A program made the translations under genes and the position numbers. From Selaginella moellendorffii (Eukaryota > Plantae > Lycopodiophyta): a stretch of DNA of 64,000 nucleotides. Positions 25,749-38,112 of the stretch are shown one piece after another. Each line of letters begins with the position of its first letter. The first letter of the stretch is position 1. The stretch covers positions 917,670 through 981,669 of the forward strand of contig NW_003314333.1 of NCBI RefSeq assembly GCF_000143415.4, given 5' to 3'. The notes under the pieces are model-generated. The model was not told the DNA's origin and did no database searches. It was given only the letters and a program-made list of their open reading frames with translations.

Positions 25749-27833
25749 ATGGTTAGTTTGGAAACGAGGCTGGACAGACGCGAGTGCCTGAGCCTTATCG
25801 CCTCGTGCAAGACACTCTCACAAGCCAAGCTTGTCCACTCTCGAATCGCTTCCGCCTTTGTAAACCTCTACACCACCGATGCCTTCCTCTGCAACAAGCT
25901 CGTGGAGCTGTACGGCGCTTGCGGCAGCCCGGGCCTCGCGCGGGCGATCTTCGACCGCACAGCGCACAAGGACTCCTTTACGTGGGATTTCATGCTCAAT
26001 GCATACGCGCGAAACGGGCATTTGGAAGAGGCCAAGCAAGTGTTGGAGTCCATGCCACAGTGGAGCGCCATTTCCCACACGATTATGCTCGAGGCATATG
26101 CCAGGAACGGGCATCTTGCCGAGGCGCGGGAGGTGTTCCAGAATATTCGCTACCCGGACGTGGCTGCCTGGAACTCGGTGCTTGCTGCATATGCCACTAA
26201 CGGGCATCTTGATATAGCGCTACGCGTGTTCGATTCCATGCCCCAGCGCACAGCCGTGTCGTGGACGATACTCCTGTCGGCTTGCGCTCACACCGGAAGC
26301 CTCAAACATGCCAAGATATTCTTTGATGGAATGCCTGAAAAGAATCTCATCATCTGGACAACCATGATCGCTGCATATTCCCAAAACGGGCATCTGGGAG
26401 ATGCCACAGCACTCTTTGATTCCATGCCCGTGAGGAATATCCTGTCATGGACGAGCATGCTAACAGCCTACGCACAAGCTGGCCAGCTAGACAGCGCACG
26501 GAAAATGTTCCAGGATATTCCTCACCACGACGTGGTATCTTGCACAGCGATGCTGGGTATATATGCCCAAACGGGGCGTCTGGAGAAAGCAAAGGGTATC
26601 TTCGACTCGATGCCCGAGAGGGACATTGTGACGTACAATGCCATGCTTACCGCGTACGGACAGGCCGGGGATGTGGACATGGCTACCCACACGTTTCGTA
26701 CGATGCCACAGCACGACCTGGTCTCGTGGAGTACGGTCATTGCTTTGCTTACCCAAACTGGGGATCTGGACCATGCCAAGAGAATGTATGACATGATGCC
26801 TTTGCAGGACCTTATCTCGCAAACTATCTTGCTAAGCTGCTACAGTCAACACGGGAATCTTAAAGATGCGAAGAAGGTGTTTGACCAGATGCCGGCACAG
26901 AATCTAGTCTCCTGGAACAACATGCTCTCTGCATATACCCAGAGAGGGTATATTCGAGATGCAAAGTCATTGTTCGATTGGATGCCACAGAAGAATCTTT
27001 TGTCTTGGAACATTATGTTAAACTCAAAGTTACAAAATTCTCGTCTTGAAGAAGGAGTGTCAATGTTCTTGACAATGCCGGAACGCGACCTTGTATCGTG
27101 GAACTCTCTGCTGACTGCATTTACCCAAACCGGGGATTTTGAGATGGTTAAGAAAACGTTTGCTGAGATGCCCGACAAGAACTTGATCTCCTGGACGACG
27201 ATGTTGTCCGCCCTCTCGAGAAACAATCTCCTCCACGATGCAAAAGCTATGTTTGATCGAATGCCTGAGCAAAACCAAATGAGCTGGAACACAATCACGG
27301 TGGCATTTGCACAGTCCGGACGGATCAAACAAGCCGCCAGTCTCTTCATTCGTATGCCCGAGAGAGACATCGTCTCCTGGAGCGCGATGCTCGCCGCATA
27401 TACCCAAGCCGGGCATTTCGATGTCACACTGGAGATGTTCTACGCTGCGAGGATGGAGCTTGAACCCGATGGAGCTTGCTTCGTTCCAGTGCTCGTCTCT
27501 TGCAGCCGGACAGGCAAAGTTGGCGACGCAAGGTGTTTGTTTGCATCCATGGCGCGGGATCACGGACTGGATCACTCGAGGCAGCATTACTCGTGCCTGG
27601 TTGATCTCCTTGCGAGAGCTGGGCATTTGGAGCCGGCTCGAGATCTCATCACAAACATGCCCTTCGTGCCGGATCTGTTGGACTGGACTTGCTTGCTGGG
27701 CGCTTGCAAAAGCTTTGACGACGTCGAGCGTGGGGGATTTGTTGCGAAGAATGCCTTTAAGTTGGATCCCGGCTACACTTCCACGTACTCTTTACTGTCA
27801 AACATGTATAAATCAAAATCTCTTTGCGCTTAA
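25749..27833 (+). CDS. PLS-class pentatricopeptide repeat protein with E domain, no DYW
   Basis: Long array of 31-aa S-type repeats (A..FD.MP.RD.VSW..ML.AY); C-terminal HYSCLVDLLARAG and WTCLLGAC; intronless. Confidence 0.93.
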   Translation: MVSLETRLDRRECLSLIASCKTLSQAKLVHSRIASAFVNLYTTDAFLCNKLVELYGACGSPGLARAIFDRTAHKDSFTWDFMLNAYARNGHLEEAKQVLESMPQWSAISHTIMLEAYARNGHLAEAREVFQNIRYPDVAAWNSVLAAYATNGHLDIALRVFDSMPQRTAVSWTILLSACAHTGSLKHAKIFFDGMPEKNLIIWTTMIAAYSQNGHLGDATALFDSMPVRNILSWTSMLTAYAQAGQLDSARKMFQDIPHHDVVSCTAMLGIYAQTGRLEKAKGIFDSMPERDIVTYNAMLTAYGQAGDVDMATHTFRTMPQHDLVSWSTVIALLTQTGDLDHAKRMYDMMPLQDLISQTILLSCYSQHGNLKDAKKVFDQMPAQNLVSWNNMLSAYTQRGYIRDAKSLFDWMPQKNLLSWNIMLNSKLQNSRLEEGVSMFLTMPERDLVSWNSLLTAFTQTGDFEMVKKTFAEMPDKNLISWTTMLSALSRNNLLHDAKAMFDRMPEQNQMSWNTITVAFAQSGRIKQAASLFIRMPERDIVSWSAMLAAYTQAGHFDVTLEMFYAARMELEPDGACFVPVLVSCSRTGKVGDARCLFASMARDHGLDHSRQHYSCLVDLLARAGHLEPARDLITNMPFVPDLLDWTCLLGACKSFDDVERGGFVAKNAFKLDPGYTSTYSLLSNMYKSKSLCA

Positions 27834-28218
27834 ACGCTTTCGAAAGATAAAACTATCTTTCAATCCAAGATCTTGAAACTTTACATGAGGAAGCATCTTA
27901 TCTTAGCCGTTGAGCGATGTTGGTCAACGGGAAAATAAGAGACCACACATTCAAAGCCCAGAGCTCGGTCAAGATCAAACGCTCGCGTTGCTCCCTCTCG
28001 CTATGGCGAGCCCAGTCCATTCCACAGCACTGGTCACAAGAAAGCTAGCTTTTACACTCTCCTTTCCTTCGTCTAGTTCTTCCTTCCTAGCGGGACGCGG
28101 AGTCTGGACGCAACCTGGCTTCTCCCATCAAAACCACGAAAAAGAACAAAGAAATTCACTCACCAGTCGATCCAGCTCTAGGTTTTAGCTTGATTGGTTT
28201 CGTTGCCTCTCGTCCAGG

Positions 28219-29820
28219 ATGATCCCCAGCTCCAATTCCCAGCTGCTACTGCTGCTGGCGCTGCTAACTCTCTCCTCGGCCGCGACCCAAGGAAGTGTCC
28301 CTGGAATCTATCTCGTCACTGATGAACAAAACAGCACCAAAAACGCGTCAGGCATGGCGATGATCCAGCCAGACTACCTGAGAGGAGGAATGGCAGACAG
28401 CGCTTGCGGCGACGTCCAAACTCCTTCACGACGCGTCTTGCTCGAGGAATCCAGGAAGACCTCGCTCAAGATGGAGCTCAAGCACAGGGATCACAGGCAG
28501 CCCACCAGCAACAGGAGGTCGCTGCTGCTGGAATCGCTCAAGCGAGACATCACTCGCCTCCAATCCTTCCAGAAAAGAGTGAGTGAAAAGCTTACGGCCA
28601 GCGCCAATCCAGAGGCTTACCTGGAGATGACGAACTCCAGCTCCACGAAATCACCTCCATCGCCATCGTCTTCGTGGGAAGAAGTCGACTCCACCGTGGA
28701 GTCCGGGGCGGAGCTTGGAGCTGGCGAGTACTTCATGGACGTGTTCGTGGGAAATCCTCCGCGGCACTTCCTCCTCATCATCGACACTGGCAGTGATCTC
28801 ACCTGGCTCCAGTGCAAGCCCTGCAAGGCTTGCTTCGACCAATCCGGCCCGGTGTTTGATCCATCCCAGTCCACTTCCTTCAAGATCATCCCTTGTAATG
28901 CCGCGGCCTGCGATCTAGTCGTCCACGACGAATGCCGCGATAACTCCTCCAAGACTTCTCCAAAAACTTGCAAGTACTTCTACTGGTATGGCGATTCCTC
29001 GCGGACGTCGGGAGATCTGGCGCTGGAATCACTGTCAGTGAGCCTCTCGGATCATCCCTCGTCGCTGGAGATCCGGGACATGGTGATCGGCTGTGGCCAC
29101 TCCAACAAGGGGCTGTTCCAGGGCGCCGGCGGGCTTCTCGGGCTCGGACAGGGAGCTCTCTCCTTCCCATCCCAGCTGCGATCTTCGCCAATCGGCCAGA
29201 GCTTCTCCTACTGCCTCGTCGACCGGACCAACAACCTGAGCGTGAGCAGCGCCATCAGCTTTGGCGCTGGATTTGCTCTCTCCCGGCACTTCGATCAGAT
29301 GAAATTCACGCCATTCGTGAGGACAAACAACTCGGTGGAGACCTTCTACTACCTTGGAATCCAGGGGATCAAGATCGACCAGGAACTTCTCCCCATCCCG
29401 GCCGAGAGATTCGCGATCGCTACCAATGGAAGCGGCGGGACGATCATCGATTCGGGAACCACTCTCACGTACCTAAATCGCGACGCGTACCGGGCGGTGG
29501 AGAGCGCGTTCCTGGCGAGGATCTCATACCCTAGGGCCGATCCCTTCGACATCCTGGGGATTTGCTACAATGCCACTGGGAGGGCCGCCGTGCCATTCCC
29601 TGCCCTCAGCATCGTCTTCCAAAACGGAGCCGAGCTGGATCTTCCGCAGGAGAACTATTTCATCCAGCCGGATCCGCAAGAAGCCAAGCACTGCCTCGCG
29701 ATTCTTCCCACGGATGGCATGTCGATCATCGGAAATTTCCAGCAGCAAAACATCCATTTCCTCTACGATGTCCAGCACGCGCGGCTCGGATTCGCCAACA
29801 CCGATTGCTCGGCTCTTTGA
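28219..29820 (+). CDS. A1 family aspartic protease (nepenthesin/ASPG-like), secreted
   Basis: Signal peptide, GEYF, catalytic DTGS and DSGT, QCKPC..C, SIIGNFQQQN; intronless. Confidence 0.95.
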   Translation: MIPSSNSQLLLLLALLTLSSAATQGSVPGIYLVTDEQNSTKNASGMAMIQPDYLRGGMADSACGDVQTPSRRVLLEESRKTSLKMELKHRDHRQPTSNRRSLLLESLKRDITRLQSFQKRVSEKLTASANPEAYLEMTNSSSTKSPPSPSSSWEEVDSTVESGAELGAGEYFMDVFVGNPPRHFLLIIDTGSDLTWLQCKPCKACFDQSGPVFDPSQSTSFKIIPCNAAACDLVVHDECRDNSSKTSPKTCKYFYWYGDSSRTSGDLALESLSVSLSDHPSSLEIRDMVIGCGHSNKGLFQGAGGLLGLGQGALSFPSQLRSSPIGQSFSYCLVDRTNNLSVSSAISFGAGFALSRHFDQMKFTPFVRTNNSVETFYYLGIQGIKIDQELLPIPAERFAIATNGSGGTIIDSGTTLTYLNRDAYRAVESAFLARISYPRADPFDILGICYNATGRAAVPFPALSIVFQNGAELDLPQENYFIQPDPQEAKHCLAILPTDGMSIIGNFQQQNIHFLYDVQHARLGFANTDCSAL

Positions 29821-29946
29821 GCCCTAAAAATGTAAATTCTTGCGAAGAACCCTAATTTATGTAATTTGACCTTGGAAGTAAAGGTAATACCTTTTGGTTA
29901 AACTTGACATTTAGGGCTTTGGCTTAAAGAGAAGAGGGGAGCGCTC

Positions 29947-30817
29947 ATGGTATGTGTTTTCGCCACGAACTGGGTCGATCGATCCGCGGTTTTTTTTCTC
30001 GCCAGATCCGATTCGTGCTGCTCATCAGCAGGCAGGGAAAGGTGCGATTGACGAAATGGTACTCGCCATACACGCAGAAGGAGCGACTTAAGGTAGCGTG
30101 ATCTCTCTTGCCCGATCGCTCTCTCCTTAGGGTTTATCGATCCCTGATGCTTGGCATGGATCCAGGCGATTCGCGAGCTCAGCGCGCTCATTCTTCCCAG
30201 AGGACCCAAGCTCTGTAATTTTGTCGAGTGGAAGGGACTCAAGGTCGTCTACAAGAGGTACCCTGCGATCTCTTTGATCGACAGATCCAATTCTTGGTGA
30301 AAATTCTTTCTTCCCTTTCTTTTCGTAGGTATGCGAGCCTCTACTTTTGCATCTGTGTGGATTCTGAGGATAACGAATTGGATGGTCTCGAGGTGATTCA
30401 TCACTATGTCCAAGTCTTGGACCGCTACTTTGGAAATGTGAGTTTTTCTTGCTTCTCGGGGAGTCTTGATTGGTTTTTTTTTGCTCTTCTGTGGGATAGG
30501 TTTGCGAGCTAGATCTCATCTTCAACTTCCACAAGGTCCTCTAGCAATGGCCTCTTTTAGACTTGCTGAGTTAGTGTTTTTGACAGGCTTATTTCATACT
30601 GGATGAGATTCTAATCGCTGGCGAGCTTCAGGAATCGAGCAAAAAGTCCGTCTCTCGCGTCATCTCGGCTCAGGTGAGCCAAATCAATCGACTGAACAGT
30701 TTCTTTTCAGGTATAGTCCTGATATTTCAAAACTCTTTTCTGTAGGACACTCTGGTAGAGAACGCGAAAGAGCAAGCGAGTTCGCTGAGCAATATGATCG
30801 CCCAGGCCACAAAGTGA
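29947..30817 (+). CDS. AP1S: AP-1 complex sigma subunit, copy 1
   Basis: M|[57 protein letters not shown]; GT-AG introns; TGA at 30815-30817. Confidence 0.92.
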
Positions 30818-30874
30818 AACGTATAAATTTTTTTAGCCTTCCTTTATATATTCTGCTCACGGCATATCTCCTTC

Positions 30875-31130
30875 AATGCCATGACTACGCCAACTTCGTT
30901 CCAGTATCAGTGAGCTAGCGGCGCAAGATTTCCAATCTGGCACAAAGCCACGGTTCCCATTCCGGCCTAATCTGGTTGAAACAGATGATAAGAGTGATGA
31001 AATCCTCAAATTGTTGAAGCAGAGCGAGCGTGGAAAGATTGTCTCATGGGCCCGCTTCAACATGACTCTGTTGCGGCATTTCTCACACACTCCGGTTGGA
31101 ATTCGTTGATGGAGGCCGTAGCTTGTTTCA
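30875..31130 (+). pseudogene. UDP-glycosyltransferase fragment (PSPG box)
   Basis: RGKIVSWA..LQHDSVAAFLTHSGWNSLMEAV, with frameshifts. Confidence 0.75.
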
Positions 31131-31600
31131 TGCCTTCGTCATTTACTACTTTCCGACGCTTGACCGGGGCTTCGATCAACTTCTCGGATGAGAGCTCATC
31201 TCTCCTTGACAGGAAAAGCCGAGTGTTTATGCAGTGAGCCCACGAAAGCCCCAGAGCAGGAGCTATTCTTCGCCCAGACGATACAAGCTCCAAGAGATTA
31301 CCGATCTGAATTCCTTTCGAACCATCCACGCAGTCCATGACCTGATTGGTTACCAAAACCGCGACGTCATAATCATGAGCAAGCTTCTTCAGCTTCGCAG
31401 ATAACTGGAACAGGCTTCTAGACCTAATCACCATTTCCGTCCTGTTGGACCGAAACGATGCTGCTACAGAATCTATGAGCAACAGCCTCACAGGCCTCTC
31501 CCGGCGTTGCTGCTGGTTCAAGACTCTCTCCAGGCGCTCGAAATATGTGAACAGCTGCTGGATACTCTCCGCAGGCTCCACGAACACATTCTTGCTGGGA
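31120..31600 (-). pseudogene. XRCC3: XRCC3 (RAD51 paralog) 3' part, 5'-truncated
   Basis: VRLLLIDSVAASFRS, AVLVTNQVMD, SSGRRIAPALGLSWAHCINTRLFLSR. Walker A half absent, replaced by copia DNA. Confidence 0.82.
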
Positions 31601-31659
31601 TGAAACCCTAATCGGATTTAACCCAAAAGAGAAGTGACCAAACAAGCTCACTTGCAAGA

Positions 31660-33570
31660 TAGAAAAATGTATTTTCTTAGGTTATAGTGATTTCTCTGAA
31701 GGATATTGACTTTATTCTTTGGAGAAGAAAAAATTGTACAAGAGGAGAAACATTATCTTTGATGAGACTAATTTCTATTGTGACTGTACACTTGCACTTG
31801 AAACATCTCCACCTTTGAAGATTTAATTGTTAAAATTCATCTCTTATTTCACTGGTTGCACCTATTGCAATTCTGCCCCTTTTTCTTGCAACATCATAGG
31901 ATCAACTTTGACTTGGCTTTATTATTTGAAGGCAATGAAGAGTTTTAGAGTGCTCAACCATTGACCCTTGGTTCAATTTTAGTGGGAGTCATTGTAGCTT
32001 CAGTGGGAGCTCTTTCTACACATTTAAACTTGTGGTGTTTTAATTGGGTGTTTTGTCTAATGCAACATGCTTTAGAAGCTTTGGAGTCTTTTGACTTCTT
32101 TAATTGGTGGTGACAGCTTTGTTGCTCACACTATTGTAGTTGAACCAATTTCAATTCTTCATAATGCATGGCAAGCACTTTTTGGCCCTTATGTAGACAA
32201 GTGGCTATTTGCTATGCAAAGTAAGATGCAAAGTAAGATGAGAAGAAGGGCACCTTTATCAAACAGAGCTGCCAACTGATGGTCATTTGATTGACACCTA
32301 TTGGGTGTTCTCAGTTTTTTACAATTAATATTTGAGCATGAAGAAATTCAAGGCATGTTAAGTGGCACAAGGTTTCACTCAGGTGGCTAGATTGGATTTC
32401 ATAGTTATGAAGCTAGCTTTTATTTGCATGATCATGACGCTTATAGCTGCTTGGAACCTCAAACTTCACCAAATGGATGTGCAAACAGCCTTTTTGAACA
32501 ACAAACTTGAGGAGGACATCTACATTGGCTTTGTGGAGCTAGGTACGGAACATCAAGTTTGCAAACTAAAGTGTACCCTCTATGGCTTAAAACAGAGTCT
32601 TTAAGCTTGGTATAAGCGGATTGATACTTTCTTCTGCTCCCTTGGCTACACGAAAGGTGCTGCTGATGGAAATGTGCACCCCTATTTAGTGGCCAAGCTG
32701 TTTGTGATTGTCGCACTTTATGTTGACAATTGCATAATGGCTGCTAATGCTCTAGCTATGCTGCTCACTCTCAAGTCCAAGCTCTTTGCTGAGTTTGAGA
32801 TGATTGATTTGGGTGAAGTTCACTTCTACCTCAGTATTCAAGTATTTTGTGATCGTCAAGTAAGCACAATTTCACTTTCACATGCACACTATATGAGAGA
32901 AGTGCTCAGCCAGTTCAATCTGACTGATTGCAAATATGTGCCAACACCTATTGAGCTAGGCACCAAGCTCTTTGTTGTTTCCTCTCCATCATCCACAAGT
33001 GATCGTGAAGCAATGAGTGGTGTGCCTTATCAGCAAGCTATCGGGAGCCTGGTTTATTTGGCCGTTGCTACAAGGCCTGATATAGCTCATGTTGTGGGCG
33101 TTGTCTCAACTTTTTTAGAAAATCCTGGCCCCAAGCACTGGATGAAGCGCATCTTATGCTATCTTCAAGGCACACATGACTTTGGTCTAAGGTACAAGGC
33201 TTCTGCAAATTCTACAGTGCTTGGCTTTTGCAATGCAGATTATGGTGGTGATTTGGACACCCGACAATCCACTACTGGCTATGCATTCATGCTCTATGGT
33301 GCTTCAGTTAGTTGGTCTAGTCGTAGGCAATCAATTGTGGCCATGTCTTCCACAGAAGCTGAATTCATCACTATAGTTGAAGCTGCTAAAGAAGCCCTTT
33401 GGTTGCAACACCTATCCAAGGATCTGCTGTGTGAGGGGGATGGTCCACTCCTCCTCTATTTAGATAATCAGAGTGCACTGGCTCTGACCAAGGAAGATCG
33501 TTACCATGCCAGGAGCAAGCATATGGACATTCGCTACTACAAGATATGAGAGCTGGTCGAGAACAAGCAT
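31660..33570 (+). mobile_element. Ty1/copia RT-RNase H remnant
   Basis: LHQMDVQTAFLN, VCKLKCTLYGLKQS, LYVDN, ATRPDIA, ADYGGD..TRQSTTG, MSSTEAEF, DNQSA, SKHMDIRYY; stops and frameshifts; no LTR seen. Confidence 0.9.
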
Positions 33571-34414
33571 CGAGTTCAGGGATGTCTTCATGACGGATAC
33601 AATTAACTATAACTATATGCGTACTCTGGACTGCAATGTATGGTTTGAAATTTAATGAGTTGTCATGCACCAGAAAAAACTTATGAACCATTGCTGGATA
33701 GTATGTTAAAGAGCTTTTGGACCAGGATCAAAGACAAACCCAAAGTATGCACGTGGGTTGCTTATTGTGACTACCAGTGTCACTTTGTAAAGCACTCACC
33801 AATCAGGGGTATGAGGAAGATACACCAGCAGATTTGAATATTGATGATGAGGACAAAGAAGCAATGCTGGAAGTGGAAGAGCTTGGCACTTAGGATTTGT
33901 ACAATGGCATGGTTATAAATGAGAATCACTAAGCTTAATGTAGAAGTGAAGGGGTATTGGATGGTCATGGTTTCTGAATTGAAGGACCTCTATCTTTCTT
34001 TTATCCCGCCGAGCAAAGTTGATCACTGTTTATGGAGGCTGCAAAGCCAGGCGCATGTGGCACCTATTTTGATGCAGACTTGGTGGAAGCTTTTGCATCT
34101 GTTGATCACATAGGATTTCAGGGGAAGTTAAGGAAAAAGTGGAGTTGTACTGAAAGCTGGCACTTAATGGTGAGAAACTAGTCAAGGAGCACCTTTCATA
34201 GGAGGTAACAATCTTGTCACATTTGGAATGTTTGATAAAAAATTGTGCAACCTTTTGATCATGCTTTACATAAAAAATATTAAATATTTTGTGAAAATGT
34301 TTGACACTAATAAGTTGTGGAATGGCATCAACCCTTTAAGTTTCATAAGGTTTGTCCACATGTGTTGTGGTTCAGCCAGTTGATTTGAAACATTATGCAA
34401 AACTTAGTTAAGTT

Positions 34415-34760
34415 ATTTTTTGACTTTTAGCAGCCTAAAATCCGTTTCTTAACCTTCCTCAAACTTTGAAAACAGCAAGTTTCAACTTTTGTTCATGGCC
34501 TATTGTAAGCTTCTGAAAAAAAACTGCTATTGCAGTGGCGGCTGAAGCTAAGGCTGACATTCTACCTAGAATCAAAGTTTTTTTTTTATTTTCGGCAGCC
34601 TAGAATTTGTTTCTTAGCCTTTCTCAAACTTTGAAAACAGCATGGTTTTAAGAAGGCTACCAAGTCTCAACTTTTGTTCATGACCTATTGTGAGCTTATG
34701 AAAAAAGCTACTATTGCAGTGGCAGCTGAAGTTAAGGCTGACATTCTACACGGAATCAAA
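34415..34760 (+). repeat. Imperfect tandem duplication (~160-180 bp)
   Basis: CTCAAACTTTGAAAACAGCA and CTATTGCAGTGGC.GCTGAAG.TAAGGCTGACATTCTAC each occur twice. Confidence 0.75.
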
Positions 34761-35958
34761 GCTTGCGAGGGTAAAAGCATTGTGGAGAGGCTCATTAGGC
34801 CACAGTATTTGATTGAGCCTTTACCAAGAGCACATCTGGATACACCAACACTTGGGACTGCAGCCTTCACTGCGAAGTTTACCTGTAGCTCATAGCTGGA
34901 GGTCGAAAACTATCCTGGCACAAATCTCTGTCCGCGGAGTTTCCTGGCGCAGCTCTATGCCAGGGACCTCCGTTTGCATAGTAGTATTTTGGATACAGTG
35001 CATCGGGCAGATTTAGCTCAAGCAGCTTTCTGGATATGTCTGAGTATTCATCCCACCGAGCTGGTGAAAATGATATCAGAGCAGAGCACCGAACCCCAGT
35101 GGACAATTATGTGCAGCCTTGTTGGCCACAATTCAAAGTTGACGTGATGATAGAGATAGAGCCCGAGATGTTAATGGTAACATTGAGCGGGCTGCAGTGA
35201 CTGCCACCCAACTTCCCCGGAAAGCAGAATTGGACCCTCAACTAAGCGTGTGAACAGCAGCATGGCTCCAAATCTCAAATGCGTCCCAAGGAAACAGTAT
35301 GATGTAACTAGGCCGTCCTTATTCCAATTAACTATTAACTCTTTCCAATTAATTAGGCCGTCTATTTTGGCTTTAAAAGTTGTTAAACCACCTCGACAGG
35401 TGATGTTGCAAGAAGCTATTGCAATTGTAATGGCACCTCAAGATCCTTCCAGGTATACTCTGTCTCCTGTTTGTATCTTTTCCTTTGTCTGAACGTGGCT
35501 CCACAGGAATTTCAGAATTTTCCGTTTTAACAGATCCTGGCAGAATGAATGTTATCCAACAATGTCCTAAGCGTCATGAAGGCACCAGCGACAAGTGCAG
35601 TCACGTATATCTGGATCCAAAATTAATTTTCAAGTCGATTTGAGATAACACCTTGTCACATAGATTTGCAGCATACTACACTGTACTGTGTAATTTTATT
35701 GCAGCATTACCGAGATCCTCTAGCATTGGAAGACTCCTAACATCTCTCTCAGCATTGGAACGATTTATGAATTTCTGGATAAGTCCTTTGCATTCTCCAC
35801 ATTAGAAATACATTTCAAAACACTTACTTTATAGCAGCATTAGCAGCTTTGTACAAGCACATTGGACGGCTAAGATTCAATAAACAGAAGGCGTGCCATG
35901 GTATTTCAAGAGTGGCTCTTTCAGTTTCACTCAATCGCGGACTGATAGGGTGAGCAAG

Positions 35959-36555
35959 ATGGTAAGAATGCTGGCTGGTCTGCTCTTGGTGCTTTCAGTG
36001 ATGGCAGCTCTTGCTGCGGATCACGTCGTGAATCTCACACCCGAGAACTTTATGGAACTGGTAGGGCAGGATCGAGGAGCTCTTGTCGAGTTCTTCATTA
36101 ACAGGTAGCTCCCCCATTCAATTGTCACAACCTGATCGATTGCTTTGTTCCGACTTCCGAGTTGCGCAGTTGTGGAGCTTGTAAGAAGCTTGGACCTGAA
36201 TATGAGAAGGTTGCTTTGGCATTCAGGAAAGTCAAGAAGACCGTGCTGATAGCCCATGTAAGAACCGCAGTGTCGAGTTCTTTGTGATGGCTCATTCCGA
36301 TTCACAGGTGAATTGCGAATACCATCCTCTAGTGTGTGGGTATTGTAACATCAGCAACTACCCAACAATCGAGTGGTTCCCGAAAGGATCAATGACTGCC
36401 AAAATGTAAGTTCCTGCTGGTGCAGACGATTTTCAAGTAGCTCTGAGGTTACCATGGTTGCGTTGTTTAGTTATTCCGGAACTCCAACTAGCAGAGGCCT
36501 GAGGAAGTTCGTAAATGCACAAGCGAAAAACCACAACAAGAAGGATCTGTATTGA
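35959..36555 (+). CDS. Single-domain secreted thioredoxin/PDI-like protein with SCGAC site; exons 35959-36104, 36170-36257, 36308-36405, 36471-36555
   Basis: Signal peptide, VVNLTPENF, ALVEFFINSCGACKKLGPEYEK, cis-Pro loop YPTIEWFPKG; all introns GT-AG and in frame. Confidence 0.75.
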
Positions 36556-36756
36556 ATTCCCACAAGTTCATAAACCCCAAACAAAAATATCCGTACTTAT
36601 CCTTGAACATGTCTATCTTTCAATCGAACGGCTGACAATTAGCACGGATCAGAGTTGTTACGTCCTAACATCCAACCAGTGTATGCCATTTGGGGGATTG
36701 GGGACCACCGGATGCGGGCTTCTTGACGGCTGGATCTCATCCTACGATCTGCGAAA

Positions 36757-38112
36757 ATGGAGAGAATGTTGGCGGTTTTGCTGCTGGCGTTTTTGGAGCT
36801 TTTGCTGCAGAATCTGATGTCGTTGTGCTTACACCCGACAATTTTGAGCAAGTAGTACGGCAGGGTCGAGGAGCTCTTGTTGAGTTCTACGCTCCCTGGT
36901 AAGCAAGCATTGCATTGCAGCTGGATCTGGTCTTCTGGAGGCGATTTTAATCTGGTCTCTGAAATTCCAGGTGCGGGCACTGTAAGAAGCTAGCTCCTGA
37001 GTATGAGAAGGTTGGATCAGCTTTCAAAAAAGTGAAGAACATAGTGATAGGCGAGGTAACGTTTTTATGAAAACTTCAATGCCTCTGTGCTCATAGTTTA
37101 ATTCGGCAAGTGGATTGTGATGAACACAAGTCCCTATGCCAGAAGTATGATGTGAGCAGTTATCCAACACTCAAGTGGTTTCCGAAGATTCATATGATGC
37201 AGTTTTTGTGCTAATTATATATGTCTGCAGCTACTCTGGTGGACGTACTGCCGGGGATCTGGTGAAGTTTGTGAATGAAGAAGGAGGTATGGCTCAGATC
37301 TATTTTATGTTTACGCTGTGCTAAGGAAATTTATTGTGATAACACAGGTGCACATGCCAAGCTGAGTGTGCCGTCATCAGACGTAGTCGTTCTGACCCCC
37401 TCCAACTTTGACGAGATAGTCCTTGACAGCGCTAAGGATGTTCTGGTGGAGTTTTATGCTCCTTGGTAGGTTAAAGCTTTCCCAACCCCCTCTGATGCGG
37501 CATTACGTAATCATTGTTCTTATTTTCAGGTGCGGACATTGCAAAGCTTTGGCTCCGGTAAGTCAGTCTGATGCATGCTATCAGTGATACTAAAACATTG
37601 ATTTTGTTCTGGAAGGTTTATGAGGAGGTTGCAACCGCGTTCAAAGGTGAGAAGGATGTGGTCGCAGCGAAACTAGATGCAGATGCTCACAAGGATGTGG
37701 CGTCCAAGTAAGCTTTTTCAGTGTCTTATGTATAGTTGATTGTAACCTCTGCCTATCTTTCAGATATGATATTAGTGGCTATCCCACAGTAAAGTTCTTC
37801 CCGAAATCCAACAAAGATGGAGAGGATTGTGATGGGCGTTCACTAGAGGAACTCGTGGAGTTCCTGAACGAACAATGTGGTACTTACCGTGACACAACAG
37901 GCCGGCAAAGTGGCGAGTATCGAAATCATTGTCGAAGAGTTCGTAGCTGCTTTGCCAGAGAAGCGTGAGGCAGTGGCAAAGCGGATCGAGGAGGCCATTG
38001 AGAAACTGGAGGGTACTGCCGTGGGGTAAGCTTCGTATTTGGAATGCTGTGGTGATTGTTGCAATATATAATTTCTCGACTTCGCAGATACGGGAAGATC
38101 TACGCGAAAATC
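36757..38112 (+). pseudogene. PDIL2-1-like (two WCGHC domains + ERp29c) pseudogene
   Basis: VEFYAPW|CGHCK twice. Frameshift between signal peptide and mature part, lost donor near 37185, deletions, and truncation at ~38112 by a duplicated block. Confidence 0.85.

Noticed and set aside
32674-33549. 291-aa ORF as a host gene
   Set aside because: It is copia RT/RNase H with stops on both sides.
33570-34200. Coding-like segment after the copia; possible XRCC3 5' half
   Set aside because: No Walker A or RAD51-family motifs; no family assignable.
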